Positions 23,914-35,544 are shown, counted from the stretch's first letter. The stretch is 64,000 nt of DNA from an uncultured Spirochaetota bacterium (GCA_963745235.1 CAVUXE010000057.1:9844-73843), one strand, 5' to 3'. The notes: generated from the letters alone by a model not told the origin. Numbers and translations are program-made.

Positions 23914-25063
23914 TGGGCTCCTCCACGCCGTCCAGGGACCTCTTCAATCTCGGGGAGTGAGAAAAGCCTTTCCAGGAACATGGATGCTGCCCCGTACGCA
24001 ACGATGAGATCGCCCAGCTCGGAGAGCTCGATCTGGAGCGACTTTTTTCCATAGGGCCAGTTCTTCTGGACCTCTTCGTCGATCACCGGGATGAGGATGG
24101 ACCGGAACTTCTCAACGCTTCCCCCGATGAACACGTGCGAGAGGTCCAGGGTGTTGACCAGGAGGGCCACATTCCTCCCGATTTCCCGAGCCACTTCCCG
24201 GAATGCGGACTGGTCATTCATCGCGGCGCTCATGGTCTCATCCGGGAGGGAGAACTGGCTCCTGGTTTCCGCTGTGCGGAAGACGCTTCGAAACTCACCG
24301 GCTGAGCTGTTCGCGCCAAGGTGGACGCGGCCTCCAATGACCAGCCCAAGCCCCACGGACACGCCGCCCCCGTTCACGTCTCCCACCCGTTCCTTTCGGA
24401 ACTCCCCCAGGAGGAAGAGGAACTCGCGCGGCCTGTTCCCGCGGTTGCGCACCAGCTCGGCCCAGCAGCAGCAGTTGGCGTCGTTGTCAATGCACAGCGG
24501 CTTTCCAAGAAGCCGCGCCCCCGACGCCGTGAAGTCCACCGGAAGCGAGATGCCCAGGGGGAGGGACTGCTGGATGACGCCGTTGGCGGAATCCACTATC
24601 CCCGAGACGCCCACGCCGATTCCCAGCGGCTCGAGCGCGCGGTTTTCAAGGTCAAGGGAGACCTCGCTCATGATGTCCAGGAAGACCGACGGCAGCTGTT
24701 TCCCTTCGGCTTTCATGGGCTCCGAGCGCGAGTACAGCACCTTTCCATCCAGGTCCACCGCCACGGCCGTGTAGCGCTCGGTCTGGATCTCCAGCCCCAC
24801 GACGCAGCCGTAGTCTCCGCGCACGCTGAGAAAGACCGGCCTTCGCCCGCCCCTCTCTCCCGCGTCTCCCTCGGCGGATCTCGACGATGATCTCCTTTTG
24901 GAGCAGGTCCGCAACGATCTTTGTGACGGTGGATTTGTCCAGCTTCAGGCTCGCGGACAGCGCGCTGCGGCTGACCCCCGGGGAGACCCAGATGGCCCTC
25001 AGGATCCTGTGAAAGTTGACCGGGCTCGAAGCCTTCCTGAGCAGGAAACCAATGTTCCTTCAT
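23910..25063 (-). pseudogene. ROK-family transcriptional regulator; one or two frame breaks
   Basis: ROK signature CIDNDANCCCWAE. The N-terminal winged HTH (VNFHRILRAIWVSPGVSRSALSASLKLDKSTVTKIVADLL) lies in a different frame, with a break near 24868-24880, and ATG 25063 lies in yet another frame. Confidence 0.75.
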
Positions 25064-25136
25064 AGTAAGTTTCTTCTATCAACTTATGCTATCAAAGCTC
25101 TCATAGTTAATCAATATTGAAATTTAAAGATTTTTC

Positions 25137-25165
25137 TTGACAACTGGCTCCGGCTATGATGTAAT
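25137..25165 (+). promoter_or_regulatory. Sigma70-like promoter for the ABC importer operon
   Basis: TTGACA (25137..25142), 17-nt spacer, TGTAAT (25160..25165), inside an unusually AT-rich intergenic region of about 155 bp. Confidence 0.45.
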
Positions 25166-25218
25166 CATGTTGGTTGAAGGAAGCAATCAACCTATGAACC
25201 GCTGGATCAGATTCGTGC

Positions 25219-26191
25219 ATGGAGGTTGAAGTCTTGGCTGACGTGATGACCGAGGCCGTGCCAAAGGCGCGCATCGCCGTGAGGCCCAACAGGCGCAAGA
25301 CCAATTTCGGCCTTCTCAGCATGGTGATTCCCGGGAACCCTCGCCCTGATTCTTTTCAGCTACCTCCCCATGCTGGGGATCTTCATTGCTTTCAAGAACA
25401 TCAACTATACCAAGGGACTCCTCGGCAGTCCCTGGATCGGTTTGAAGAACTTCGAGTTCCTCTTCAAGACGCCGGATGCCTGGATCATCACGAGGAACTC
25501 GGTCCTCTACAATATCGCATTCATCGTTCTCGGCACCATCGCATCGGTGGGCGTCGCCGTTGCGCTGGATGGGCTTCGAACCAAGCGGCTTTCCCGGCTC
25601 TACCAGGGGGTCATGTTTCTCCCCTACTTCTTCTCCTGGATCGTCATCAGCACCCTCGTCTTCTCTCTTCTTTCAACGGATCTCGGTTTTTTCAACAAGC
25701 AGCTGTTTCCAGCCCTGGGGATCGCTCCGGTCAACTGGTACATCGAAAAGATCTACTGGCCTTTCATCATCATCTTCACGAACCTGTGGAAATACACCGG
25801 GTACTGCAGCGTCATCTACCTTGCCGCCATCTCGGGGATCGACCAGAACTGCTTCGAAGCAGCGGCTCTCGACGGGGCCAGCCGATGGCAGGTCATCAGG
25901 CGGATCATGATCCCCCTGATATCCTACGTCATCATCATCCAGGTGCTGTTGTCCATCGGTCGCCTGTTCTATTCGGACTTCGGCTTGTTCTACCAGGTCC
26001 CCCAGAACATGGGACCACTGTTCGACACCACGAACGTCATTGACACGTACGTGTACCGCACTCTGGTGAACGTCGGCGACATCGGGATGTCCGCCGCGGC
26101 AGGCCTGTACCAGGCCGTCATCGGGTTCGTGCTGGTCCTCGTGTCGAACCTCATCGTGCGGAGGATCGACGTGGAGAAGAGCCTTTTCTGA
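25219..26191 (+). pseudogene. LplB/YtcP-type sugar ABC transporter permease; one frame break
   Basis: The N-terminal piece (..RRKTNFGLLSMVIPG) is in the frame of ORF 25219.. and the rest (TLALILFSYLPMLGIFIAFKN..) in ORF 25370..26191, with a break near 25331-25340. EAA loop AAALDGASRWQVIRRIMIPL. Confidence 0.85.
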
Positions 26192-26265
26192 GGCGCGCAT
26201 GAAGCAGTCAGCGTCAGCTTCCGTTGCAACGATGATTCTCGGACCCGGGCAGGGGGCGGCAGATC

Positions 26266-27123
26266 GTGTCCCATGCTCTGTTCATCGTCATCTGCATCAT
26301 CTGCCTGTATCCGCTGGCCCTCGTGATCGGCATCTCCTTTTCATCAGAGAGCGCCATCGCCATCCACGGGTTCAAGCTCATCCCGGCCCAGACGAGCCTC
26401 GTTGCCTATAACTTCGTCCTGAAGCAGAGCGACGCCGTGGCGCGGGCGTATGTCATTACAATCATCGTGACAGGGCTGGGGACGGTGCTCAGCACCCTCG
26501 TGATCGCGCTGTATGCGTACCCCCTTTCCCGCAAGGATTTCCCCCAGAGGAAGCTGTTCTCGTTCATCGCCTTCTTCACGATGCTGTTCTCCGGCGGCCT
26601 CGTGCCCTGGTACATGGTGTGCGTGCAGATCCTCCACCTCAGGAACAACATCTGGGCGCTCATCCTGCCCTACACCATGAACGCGTGGTACGTGCTCATC
26701 ATGCGGACCTTCTACAAGACCAACGTCCCGGATTCCATCATCGAGTCCGCGAGGATCGACGGGGCGGGGGAGTACACGATTTTCTTCCGCATCATCATCA
26801 GCCTGGCAAAACCGGGGCTCGCGACCATTGCGCTTTTCAACACCATCGTGTTCTGGAACGACTGGTGGCTGCCCCTGATGCTGGTGAACGACCCCGCCTG
26901 GTTCAACCTCCAGTACCTGATGTACAGGGTCCAGGTCAACATCCAGTACCTGTCCAGCATGGCGGGGAACACGAACGTGGCGGGTGAGATCCTTCGACGG
27001 CTCCCCTCGCGCACGGCTCAGATGGCCATGTGCATCCTGTCCATCGGGCCCATCGTTCTCGCGTACCCGTTCTTCCAGAAGTACTTCGTGAAGGGGATCA
27101 CCATTGGGTCTCTCAAAGAGTAG
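26266..27123 (+). CDS. LplC-type sugar ABC transporter permease
   Basis: EAA loop ESARIDGAGEYTIFFRIIISLAKPG and six TM-like segments. GTG 26266; a possible N-terminal extension from ATG 26199 would need another frame break near 26260. Confidence 0.85.
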   Translation: MSHALFIVICIICLYPLALVIGISFSSESAIAIHGFKLIPAQTSLVAYNFVLKQSDAVARAYVITIIVTGLGTVLSTLVIALYAYPLSRKDFPQRKLFSFIAFFTMLFSGGLVPWYMVCVQILHLRNNIWALILPYTMNAWYVLIMRTFYKTNVPDSIIESARIDGAGEYTIFFRIIISLAKPGLATIALFNTIVFWNDWWLPLMLVNDPAWFNLQYLMYRVQVNIQYLSSMAGNTNVAGEILRRLPSRTAQMAMCILSIGPIVLAYPFFQKYFVKGITIGSLKE

Positions 27124-27177
27124 GCAAGACCGGCCCGTCGGGCTGGACGCCATATATCACAAGAGGAGGATTCTGAG

Positions 27178-28656
27178 ATGAAAAGAGCGATTCTGTTTCC
27201 GCTCGTCGCACTTTTCGCTCTCTCCCTGGTCGCCGGCGTGTGGGCCGGAGGGCAGGGTGAGAAGGGTGGCCAGGGCGGCGCGCCCGTGCAGCTGACCTGG
27301 TACTTCATCGGCAACGGGCCGCAGAAGGACGTGGACAAGGTGGAAGCGGCGGTGGACAAGTACATTCAGGGCAAGGGCCTGAACGCCACCGTGAAGCTTG
27401 TCTGCTTCGACTGGGGCGCCTACGACAACAAGATGCAGACCATCATTGCCAGCGGAGAGCCGTTCGACATCTGCTTCACCGCCGTGTGGACGAACAACTA
27501 CAGGAACAACGCGGGCCGCGGCGCATTCCTCGCCCTGAATGACCTGCTCACCAAGTACGCTCCCAAGACGAAGGCGCTCCTGGGCGCGGACTTCCTGGCC
27601 GGCTCGGCAATCGACGGGGTGAACTACGCCATCCCGGCGAACAAGGAAAAGGCGCACAACTGGGGCTTCATCGTCCGCAAGGACCTGGTTGCCAAGTACA
27701 AGATGGACCTTTCGGGCGTGAAGAAGCTGGAAGACATGGAGCCGTTCCTCAAGACCATCAAGGACAACGAGCCCGGGATGTACCCCCTGGAAGCCTGCGT
27801 GGGAGAGTCGCCCCGCTTCTTCCTGGACTTCGACAAGCTCGTTGACGACGACATCCCCATTTCCCTCTATTCCGACAACCGCTCCTCGAAGGCCGTCTTC
27901 GAGCTCGAGGCCCCCGAGACGATTGCCCTCTATCGCACAATGCACAAGTATTACAACGCCGGCTACGTCCGCAAAGATGCAGCCACCATCACGGACTTCA
28001 ACGCTGATGAGAAGGCAGGCCTGATCTTCGCCGCGGCCAAGTCCCTGAAGCCGGGCAAAGACGCCGAGATGACCAATCAGACCGGCCAGCCGTGGATGCA
28101 GATCGATATCACCCCTCCGGTCATGTCCAACCGTGAGACAACCGGGTCAATGCAGGCGTTATCCCACACCTCGAAGCACCCCGAGGCAGCCATGGCGTTT
28201 CTGGAGCTGTTCAATACCGACAAGTACCTCAACAACCTGATCAACTTCGGCATCGAGGGCTCGCATTACGTGAAGGTGAGCGACAACGTGATCAAGGCCG
28301 GACCCCAGAACGACCAGTATAACCCGCAGACGGGCTGGATGTTCGGGAACCAGTTCATCAACTACCTCTGGTCCAACGAGGACCCCCAGAAGTGGGAGAA
28401 GTTCACCGCGTACAACAAGTCCGCCCTTCCCCTCAAGAGCCTGGGCTTCTCTTTCGACCCCACGCCCGTGAAGACCCAGATCGCCACCGCGAAGAACCTC
28501 TGGAAAGAGTTCACCCCGTCCCTGGAAACAGGCACGGTTGACCCGGACAAGGTGATTCCCGAGGCAATCGCGAAATACAAGGCGGTCGGCATCGACGACA
28601 TCAAGGCTGAGGTCCAGAAGCAGTACGACGCCTGGCTCGCAAAGAAGAAGGGATAA
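27178..28656 (+). CDS. Extracellular solute-binding lipoprotein (LplA-type, large family-1 SBP)
   Basis: Signal peptide [30 protein letters not shown] upstream, 492 aa, in an operon with the two permeases. Confidence 0.88.
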   Translation: MKRAILFPLVALFALSLVAGVWAGGQGEKGGQGGAPVQLTWYFIGNGPQKDVDKVEAAVDKYIQGKGLNATVKLVCFDWGAYDNKMQTIIASGEPFDICFTAVWTNNYRNNAGRGAFLALNDLLTKYAPKTKALLGADFLAGSAIDGVNYAIPANKEKAHNWGFIVRKDLVAKYKMDLSGVKKLEDMEPFLKTIKDNEPGMYPLEACVGESPRFFLDFDKLVDDDIPISLYSDNRSSKAVFELEAPETIALYRTMHKYYNAGYVRKDAATITDFNADEKAGLIFAAAKSLKPGKDAEMTNQTGQPWMQIDITPPVMSNRETTGSMQALSHTSKHPEAAMAFLELFNTDKYLNNLINFGIEGSHYVKVSDNVIKAGPQNDQYNPQTGWMFGNQFINYLWSNEDPQKWEKFTAYNKSALPLKSLGFSFDPTPVKTQIATAKNLWKEFTPSLETGTVDPDKVIPEAIAKYKAVGIDDIKAEVQKQYDAWLAKKKG

Positions 28657-28671
28657 GCCTCTGTCCCGTGA

Positions 28672-28706
28672 GGTCCCCCGCCCGCGGCGGGGGACCACTT
28701 CTTCGG
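28672..28706 (+). terminator. Strong hairpin (intrinsic terminator or attenuator) after the SBP gene
   Basis: GGTCCCCCGCC-cgc-GGCGGGGGACC, an 11-bp perfect stem, followed by ACTTCTTCGG. Confidence 0.55.
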
Positions 28707-28744
28707 TTCATCTGACGCATGCGCTCTCACCCGTGGAGGAAGAG

Positions 28745-31201
28745 ATGGTCTACGGACACTTCGACGACGGCGCCCGGGAGTATGTCATCACCCGGCCGGA
28801 CACCCCATGGCCGTGGATCAACTACCTCGGAACCGAGGACTTCTTCTCCCTCGTTTCCAACGCCGGCGGCGGCTACTCCTTCTACAAGGATGCCCGGCTG
28901 CGGCGCCTCACGCGGTATCGCTACAACGACGTCCCCATGGACTCCAACGGCCGCTTGTTCTATATCAGGGACGGGGAGACCGTCTGGAACCCCGGTTGGC
29001 GGCCTGCAAGGACGGACCTGGAATCGTACGAGTGCCGCCACGGCATGGGGTACACGAGGATCCGCTCCCTGCGGGACGGGGTCTCCGCCGACCTGCTCCT
29101 TTTTGTGCCGCAGGGCGCGGACTGCGAGGTCCAGCGCCTTGTCCTGAGCAACACCTCCCGGGGCAGAAAGACCCTGGACCTGTTTGCCGTGACCGAGTTC
29201 TGTCTCTGGAACGCCATGGACGACATGACGAACTTCCAGCGCAACCTCTCCACGGGAGAAGTCGAAGTGGAAGAGGGCGTTGTTTATCATCGAACGGAGT
29301 ACAGGGAGCGGCGCAATCACTTTGCGTTCTATTCAGTGAATGCTCCCGTGGCGGGCTTTGAAACGGATAGGGAACAGTTCACCGGGCGCTACGGCGGGTT
29401 CGAAAGGCCGGAGGCTGTTTCCTGCAGACGGCTGCCGGGGACGCTGGCCAGCGGCTGGTCACCCATTGCGGCGTTTCACCTGAAGATCTCACTCGAACCG
29501 GGCGAGTCGCGGAGCCTGGTTTTCCTCCTGGGCTACGTGGAGAATCCTGATGCCGAGAAGTGGTCGGCACCCGGAGTGATCAACAAGGCGCGGGCCGCGG
29601 CCCTGCGGGCACGTTTCGACACCGACAGCAAGGTGGAGGCTGCCTTCCGGGAGCTTTCCGCCTCCTGGTGCGCCCTTCTTTCGGGGTTCAGCGTTTCCTC
29701 GGGAGACGAGAGACTGGACCGCATGGTGAATGTCTGGAACCAGTACCAGTGCATGACCACCTACAACATGGCACGGAGCGCAAGCTATTTCGAGAGCGGC
29801 ATAGGGCGCGGAATCGGCTTCCGGGACACAAGCCAGGACCTCCTGGGGTGCGTGCACCAGATCCCGCTGCGGGCCCGCCAGCGCCTCCTGGACGTCGCCT
29901 CCACGCAGTTTGCCGACGGCGGTGCCTACCACCAGTACCAGCCGCTGACCCGGCAGGGAAACCGGGATGTGGGCGGAGACTTCAACGACGACCCCCTGTG
30001 GCTCATCCTTGGCGTCGCCGGCTACATCAAGGAGACTGGTGACTGGGCAATCCTGGAGGAGCCTGTTCCCTTCGACGCGGAGCCCGTCCCAGCCCCGATG
30101 TTCGAGCACCTGCTGCGGTCCTTCAATCATGTCGTTGAGAACCTGGGTCCGCACCGGCTTCCTCTGATCGGGCACGCGGACTGGAACGACTGCCTCAACC
30201 TCAACTGCTTCTCCACCGACCCCAACGAATCATTCCAGACCGCGGTGTCCCGTGACGGAAGGACCGCGGAGTCGATGATGATCGCGGGGATGTTCGTCCT
30301 GATCGGAGAGGATTTCATCCAGATCTGCCGACGGACAGGGCGGGAGGCGATGGCGGATGAGGCGCAGGCCCGGGTCAACGAGATGCGCAGTGCCATCCTG
30401 GCGCACGGCTGGGATGGCGGATGGTTCCTGCGGGCCTACGACAGCTTCGGGAACAAGGTCGGCTCGCGGGAAAACACGGACGGCCAGATCTACGTCGAGG
30501 CCAACGCATGGTGCGCCATGGCACGCGTCGGGACGGAGCACGGGTACCCCCTCAAGGCTCTTGACGCCGTCAGGGACCGGCTGGCCACCCGGTATGGGAT
30601 CGTGATCCTGGATCCTCCCTATCGGGAGTACCACGTGGAGCTCGGTGAGGTCTCATCCTACCCGCCCGGGTACAAGGAGAATGCCGGCGTATTCTGCCAC
30701 AACAACCCGTGGGTCATGATCGCGGAGTGCGTCGCGGGCCGCGCCGGGCAGGCCTTCGATTACTACAAGAGGATCTGCCCCTCGTACCTGGAGGGTGTGC
30801 AGGAGCTTCACAGGACCGAGCCGTACGTGTACTCGCAGATGGTCGCCGGCAAGGCAGCCCCGCGCCACGGGGAAGCCAAGAACTCCTGGCTCACCGGCAC
30901 CGCCGCCTGGAACTTCGTTGCCGTCTCGCAGTGGATCCTCGGGGTTCGGCCGGAGTTCGACGGGCTGAGGATAGATCCCTCCCTGCCGCCCGAGCTGCGG
31001 AATGTGGAGCTGACCAGGAGGTTCCGCGGCTGCCGGTATTCCATACGGATACGGAACTCGGGCAGGACGCCGCAGGAAAGGACGATCACGGTCAACGGGA
31101 AGCGGGTCGCAGTCGAACGTCGTGCCCCCGGGAAGCGCAGGGCGCGGAGATCCGTGTCGAGGTCGACATGTAAGAACGCCTTCGGCTTTCAGAGGCCGTA
31201 G
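28745..31201 (+). CDS. GH94-family glycoside phosphorylase (cellobiose phosphorylase-like)
   Basis: [52 protein letters not shown] and [13 protein letters not shown] 28745 follows GGAGGAAGAG. The last ~30 codons look frame-shifted around the C5G3 run at about 31125-31133; an alternative frame ends ..[13 protein letters not shown] at 31173. Confidence 0.85.
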   Translation: MVYGHFDDGAREYVITRPDTPWPWINYLGTEDFFSLVSNAGGGYSFYKDARLRRLTRYRYNDVPMDSNGRLFYIRDGETVWNPGWRPARTDLESYECRHGMGYTRIRSLRDGVSADLLLFVPQGADCEVQRLVLSNTSRGRKTLDLFAVTEFCLWNAMDDMTNFQRNLSTGEVEVEEGVVYHRTEYRERRNHFAFYSVNAPVAGFETDREQFTGRYGGFERPEAVSCRRLPGTLASGWSPIAAFHLKISLEPGESRSLVFLLGYVENPDAEKWSAPGVINKARAAALRARFDTDSKVEAAFRELSASWCALLSGFSVSSGDERLDRMVNVWNQYQCMTTYNMARSASYFESGIGRGIGFRDTSQDLLGCVHQIPLRARQRLLDVASTQFADGGAYHQYQPLTRQGNRDVGGDFNDDPLWLILGVAGYIKETGDWAILEEPVPFDAEPVPAPMFEHLLRSFNHVVENLGPHRLPLIGHADWNDCLNLNCFSTDPNESFQTAVSRDGRTAESMMIAGMFVLIGEDFIQICRRTGREAMADEAQARVNEMRSAILAHGWDGGWFLRAYDSFGNKVGSRENTDGQIYVEANAWCAMARVGTEHGYPLKALDAVRDRLATRYGIVILDPPYREYHVELGEVSSYPPGYKENAGVFCHNNPWVMIAECVAGRAGQAFDYYKRICPSYLEGVQELHRTEPYVYSQMVAGKAAPRHGEAKNSWLTGTAAWNFVAVSQWILGVRPEFDGLRIDPSLPPELRNVELTRRFRGCRYSIRIRNSGRTPQERTITVNGKRVAVERRAPGKRRARRSVSRSTCKNAFGFQRP

Positions 31202-32022
31202 TAGCTGATCACGTAATCCGTCACGGGCAGAAAACCAAGCCTCTCGTACAGGGAGATCGCGGGCCGGTTCCTCTTCTTCACAAAAAGGCATGCGCCCTCT
31301 TTTTCGCGGAGGACTCTCTTCAACAGCTCAGAGACCACCAGTCGGCCCACTCCCATGCCCCGAGAGCCGGGAACGGTGAAGACTCCGCCGATCTGGTCCA
31401 CCGAAAAACCGCGGGCATTTGTCGCCGCCTTTGCCACCGGCACGCCGTCCCGCTCCGCGACGAACACGAGCTCCTCCTTCAGCGTCCTGTGCAGGAGCTT
31501 CAGGCACTGCGCGTCGTTGAAGTGGCGCGGGTCGACCACCACCTCCTCCAGCTCGTACGCTTTCTGGAGCGGAAAAAGGGCATGCGCATCCGCCTCCCCG
31601 GCCATGCGGATGGCGAGCCTGCCGTCCTGCGACGCGAGAGCCGGCCGCGCGCTTTCCCGGGTGACACTCATGAGGAAATACTCGATGCGCGCTGTCGGGA
31701 GGCTGGGCATCAGGGCCTCCATCGCGCTTGCCGACCGACCGGTGCCCATGATGGAATGAATGGGCGGATGAACGTCCCGCAGCAGCCGGGAGAGCTCGGC
31801 TCCGGGAGAGACGTCGTCCGCCAGCAGCGGGAGAAGGAGCCCGGATGACGTGATGAGAAAGGTGCCGGTGACGCAACCCCGCGCGTCTTTGGCAACGTAC
31901 ACGGTCTGCCCGCGCGCGCCGGTTCGGAGGCGCGCGGTGAAAGGAACACAGAGGGACTCATCACGGAGGAGGAACGACAGGACGCCATCCATGTCCGCCC
32001 GCGCCGCCGCCCGCCAGGTCAT
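31189..32022 (-). CDS. GNAT-family N-acetyltransferase
   Basis: The C-terminal half carries an acetyl-CoA-binding-like motif ([18 protein letters not shown]) and ends ..ISLYERLGF. Confidence 0.7.
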   Translation of the reverse strand: MTWRAAARADMDGVLSFLLRDESLCVPFTARLRTGARGQTVYVAKDARGCVTGTFLITSSGLLLPLLADDVSPGAELSRLLRDVHPPIHSIMGTGRSASAMEALMPSLPTARIEYFLMSVTRESARPALASQDGRLAIRMAGEADAHALFPLQKAYELEEVVVDPRHFNDAQCLKLLHRTLKEELVFVAERDGVPVAKAATNARGFSVDQIGGVFTVPGSRGMGVGRLVVSELLKRVLREKEGACLFVKKRNRPAISLYERLGFLPVTDYVISYYGL

Positions 32023-33746
32023 TTCTGCGTGCCCTCGCTCCCCGGCGGGAAGCGGACCGGGAGCGTGCCGGTTGGCGTGAAGTCACCCGCGAGCGCCGCG
32101 AACCCGGCTCGAAACGAATCCTTCCCGTCCCCGTAGACCGCGATGGCGGTGGTCACCCACGGGACTTCCTGGAGATAGACGGGGCTCAGCGCGGAGATCA
32201 CGACGACGTTCTTCGCCATGCCCTGGAGCTCCTTCAGCACGTCCAGGCTGTTGAAATTGGCAAGGCAGAACACGATGGTGTCATAGCGGCCGGCCAGGGC
32301 TCGCATTGCCGCTCTGTCCTCCCTGCGGGCCACGTAGAAAGGCATGAAGGGAAAGAGGAAAGTCTCCGCGCGGGGATACCGTCGAAGGCCTTCGCTCATG
32401 AAGTCCTGAAACTGCCCCGCAAGCAGGATCCTGCGGCCCTGCGCCGGGCGGAAGGGGACCTGCGCGGAGGAAATGGCCGTGACCGCCCGGGTGGCGCTTT
32501 GCGTGAAGAAGTCAAGCGCGCCCGCCGCGGGCACCAGGGACGCTACCCTGTCTGGATCCGGGATCAACAAAGAGCTGCCGTCACGGAAGAATCGAAGCTT
32601 GGTCTCCAGGACGCGCCGCACGGAGCCCTTGACGGCGGCCCTGAAAGCGGCGTCATGGCGCATCGTCTTGATGAGCTCATCCCACGTCCGCGCCTGGGTT
32701 GCCGGCGTGTGCGAGATGAGCACCATGTCGTTTCCCGCCTCCAGGGCCCGCCGGCATGCGCTCGGCGTGGTGAGGCCCCCGGTGAGCACCCCGTCCATCT
32801 CCATGTCGTCCGTGATGATCATCCCCTTGAACCCGAGCCGGTCACGCAGAACGCTCTGCAGGAAGAACGGAGAGAGCGAGGCGGGCGTCAGGTTGCCGAG
32901 GATTCGCGGGAAAGCGAGGTGACCGGTCATGACCGCGGGAATGCCCTCCGCGATGAGGATCCGATACGGCACGAGGTCCCGGTCCAGGAGCTGGGAAAGC
33001 GTGACATCGATGCGGGGAAGCCTGCCGTGCGAATCCTTGTCCGCGGAACCGTGCCCGGGGAAATGCTTCGCGGTGGTAATGACCCCGGCCTTCTGCATGC
33101 CGCGCGCATAAGCGGCGGAGAGGAGCCCCGTCTCCGAGGGGTCGGACCCGAAGGAGCGCGGGCCGATGACGCTCGCCTCGGGGTTGGAGTAGACGTCCGC
33201 GGTGGGCGCGAAGTCCATGTTGATGCCGAGCGCCGCGAGCTCCCTGCCGAGGTAGTACCCGGTGAGGAAAGAGTCCTCGGGCGCCCCCACCGCGCCCAGG
33301 GCGAGGTTGCCCGGGGAGATGGAGGTCTCATCCTTGATCTGGCGCACCCACCCGCCTTCCTGGTCTGTGGCCACGAAAAGCGGGACATGGAACCTGCCGC
33401 GCTCAGCCAGGCGCTGCATCAGAGCCACGTCCCGAGCAAGCGAGGTGAGGTCCGAGACGTTGCGCGGGAACAGCTTCACTCCGCCGATGCTGTGGTCCTT
33501 GATCCAGTGCTGGATCTCCGCGGACGGTCCCACTCCCTGGTAGCCCAGGAAGAACACCTGTCCAAGCAGCTCGTCGTCCGTCATTGCGTCTGCGATGCGG
33601 GAGGCAAGAGACGCGGGCGGGCCGGGATCGAAAAATCCAAGGCCCCAGGCCCTGCCGGCCAGGGCGGCCAGGAGGAGCGCGGCAGACGCCGCCTTCAGGA
33701 AGCGATGCGCGGATCGCGTCTCCACGATCAGAATGCCAGGTTCCAT
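32019..33746 (-). CDS. Glycoside hydrolase family 3 (NagZ-like beta-N-acetylhexosaminidase or beta-glucosidase), secreted
   Basis: ATDQEGGWVRQ, NMDFAPTADV and KHFPGHGSADKDSH. Start set to ATG 33746 (MEPGIL..), which gives the signal-like segment AASAALLLAALAGRAWG. Confidence 0.82.
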   Translation of the reverse strand: MEPGILIVETRSAHRFLKAASAALLLAALAGRAWGLGFFDPGPPASLASRIADAMTDDELLGQVFFLGYQGVGPSAEIQHWIKDHSIGGVKLFPRNVSDLTSLARDVALMQRLAERGRFHVPLFVATDQEGGWVRQIKDETSISPGNLALGAVGAPEDSFLTGYYLGRELAALGINMDFAPTADVYSNPEASVIGPRSFGSDPSETGLLSAAYARGMQKAGVITTAKHFPGHGSADKDSHGRLPRIDVTLSQLLDRDLVPYRILIAEGIPAVMTGHLAFPRILGNLTPASLSPFFLQSVLRDRLGFKGMIITDDMEMDGVLTGGLTTPSACRRALEAGNDMVLISHTPATQARTWDELIKTMRHDAAFRAAVKGSVRRVLETKLRFFRDGSSLLIPDPDRVASLVPAAGALDFFTQSATRAVTAISSAQVPFRPAQGRRILLAGQFQDFMSEGLRRYPRAETFLFPFMPFYVARREDRAAMRALAGRYDTIVFCLANFNSLDVLKELQGMAKNVVVISALSPVYLQEVPWVTTAIAVYGDGKDSFRAGFAALAGDFTPTGTLPVRFPPGSEGTQK

Positions 33747-34525
33747 TCGTCGCTCGAGTACTTTTGAGCGAGGATGCGGGCCGCGGCCTCCCGCTCTTCC
33801 GCGCTGAGGTCTGATTCCTCGGCGTGCACGCAATCTCTGAACGCGGAGGCAAAACCTGACCGCGCCTCCTCGAAGCTGAGACGTTTGCCCGCCTGCTCGT
33901 CCAGGGACGAAGGATCATGGGAATCCGCCGGTTCTTCCACGCCAAGGTAGCGGAACACCCGCCTGCCGGGATTGCTGAGAGGAATGGAACCGTGCTGAAG
34001 GATTGCGGTCCGCGTGGTCATCTGGGCGCTGCCAATGAGCTTGCGGCCGTCACGCGCCGTTATCTCGAACTCACCGGACGAGCGAAAGCAGTCCGGGTTT
34101 CGAAGGTCTCCCTGTCGGGAGGAGTTGATCCTTGCCGCGACCCCCAGCCTGGCAAGTCCCTCCAACAGGATCCCGGCGATGAACTCGTAGACCGTCCGTT
34201 TCCGGGAGTCACCAAGGCGCTCGGCTATGAGGGTCTTCGAGAGGATGACGGAGTAGGTGAGCTCGTCGTCATGGAGCACCGCGTGTCCCCCCGTGGGCCT
34301 GCGCACCAGGGTCACGCCGTCCCGCGCGAGCAGCTCTGGAGAGTACAAGCCCTTGATCCTCTGGAACCTGCCCAGAGAAAGCGTGGGAGGCGAGAACCCA
34401 TACAGCCGTATCACCTGCCCGGATCGACCGGCGCCAACCGCCTCCGCGAGAGCCTCGTCGATGGCCATGTCGAGCCTGCCCTCCATGCGGGGGTGCAGGA
34501 TGAGGCGGAAACTAATACTTTTCAC
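33728..34525 (-). CDS. Lipoate-protein ligase / octanoyltransferase family protein (LplA/LipM-like)
   Basis: DMAIDEAL, RRPTGGHAVLHDDELTYS and KLIGSAQ. Start taken as GTG 34525 (VKSISFRLILHP), overlapping the trxB 3' end. Longer ORF extensions lie inside trxB. Confidence 0.7.
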   Translation of the reverse strand: MKSISFRLILHPRMEGRLDMAIDEALAEAVGAGRSGQVIRLYGFSPPTLSLGRFQRIKGLYSPELLARDGVTLVRRPTGGHAVLHDDELTYSVILSKTLIAERLGDSRKRTVYEFIAGILLEGLARLGVAARINSSRQGDLRNPDCFRSSGEFEITARDGRKLIGSAQMTTRTAILQHGSIPLSNPGRRVFRYLGVEEPADSHDPSSLDEQAGKRLSFEEARSGFASAFRDCVHAEESDLSAEEREAAARILAQKYSSDEWNLAF

Positions 34526-35450
34526 CCTTCGTCTCGTCGATGTATTGCCCTGCGGCGTGGGCCGCCACGGCGCCTTCCCCTGCCGCGACGACGAGCTGGC
34601 GGAACGGGCTTGCGCGCACGTCCCCGACCGCGTACAGGCCGGGAACGCGCGTCTCCATGCGCTGGTTCGTCTCGATGTATCCGCCATCATCAAGGGGAAG
34701 CCCCATCCCCTTCACAAGGTCGGTCCGCGGATCGGAGCCGATGAAGACGAAGACGGCCGCCACCTCCTCCTCGCACTCCTTTCCCGCCTGGTTGTCCACC
34801 AGCTTGACCTTCCTCACCACCTTGTCGCCCTCGATCTTTCGAAGCTCGGTGTTGAAGCGCACGGTAATCTTGGGGTTTGCAAGCACGCGCGCCGCCACGG
34901 CCTTCTGCGCGCGGAACCTGTCCCGCCGGTGGATCATGAGGATGGAATCAGCGAGGTGCGAAAGGTAGGTTGCCTCGTCGCAGGCGGCATCTCCCCCGCC
35001 CACCACCAGCATCCTTTTCCCCTTGAAGAAGGGGCCGTCGCAGGTTGCGCAGTAGGATACGCCCTTTCCCGACAGCTCGGCCTCACCGGGCACCCCGAGG
35101 GTGCGGTGTTTCGCCCCCGTGGCCAGGATGACCGTCAGGGTGGTGATGGGGCCCCGGTCGGTCTCCACGACGAAAATGCCGTCCTCTTTCCTCACGGCGG
35201 ACACCGCCGCATTCTCGACCTGTGCGCCGAACTTCCTGGCCTGCTCCTCCATTTTCTGGGTGAAATCGAAGCCGCTCACCGCGTCAGGGAAGCCCGGGTA
35301 GTTTTCCAGGGTGTCGATGAGGAGAGCCTGGCCGCCGGATGACAGCTCTTCCAGGAGGAGGGTGCGCAGGTTCCCCCGGGCGCCATACTGCGCGGCAGAG
35401 AGCCCGGCTCCGCCGGCTCCAATGATGATGAGGTCCTGATCCGTTGTCAC
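34512..35450 (-). CDS. trxB: Thioredoxin-disulfide reductase
   Basis: FAD motif GAGGAG, redox centre CATCDG and NADPH motif GGGDAACDEA; 312 aa. Confidence 0.95.
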   Translation of the reverse strand: MTTDQDLIIIGAGGAGLSAAQYGARGNLRTLLLEELSSGGQALLIDTLENYPGFPDAVSGFDFTQKMEEQARKFGAQVENAAVSAVRKEDGIFVVETDRGPITTLTVILATGAKHRTLGVPGEAELSGKGVSYCATCDGPFFKGKRMLVVGGGDAACDEATYLSHLADSILMIHRRDRFRAQKAVAARVLANPKITVRFNTELRKIEGDKVVRKVKLVDNQAGKECEEEVAAVFVFIGSDPRTDLVKGMGLPLDDGGYIETNQRMETRVPGLYAVGDVRASPFRQLVVAAGEGAVAAHAAGQYIDETKGEKY

Positions 35451-35544
35451 TGCAAAATCTCCCGGGCGAAAAGATACCAGATTGCCGGGCTCATGGGAAG
35501 GAAAGTTCTACCGACATTGAAGGAAGATAGAGGAGCAGAAGACC

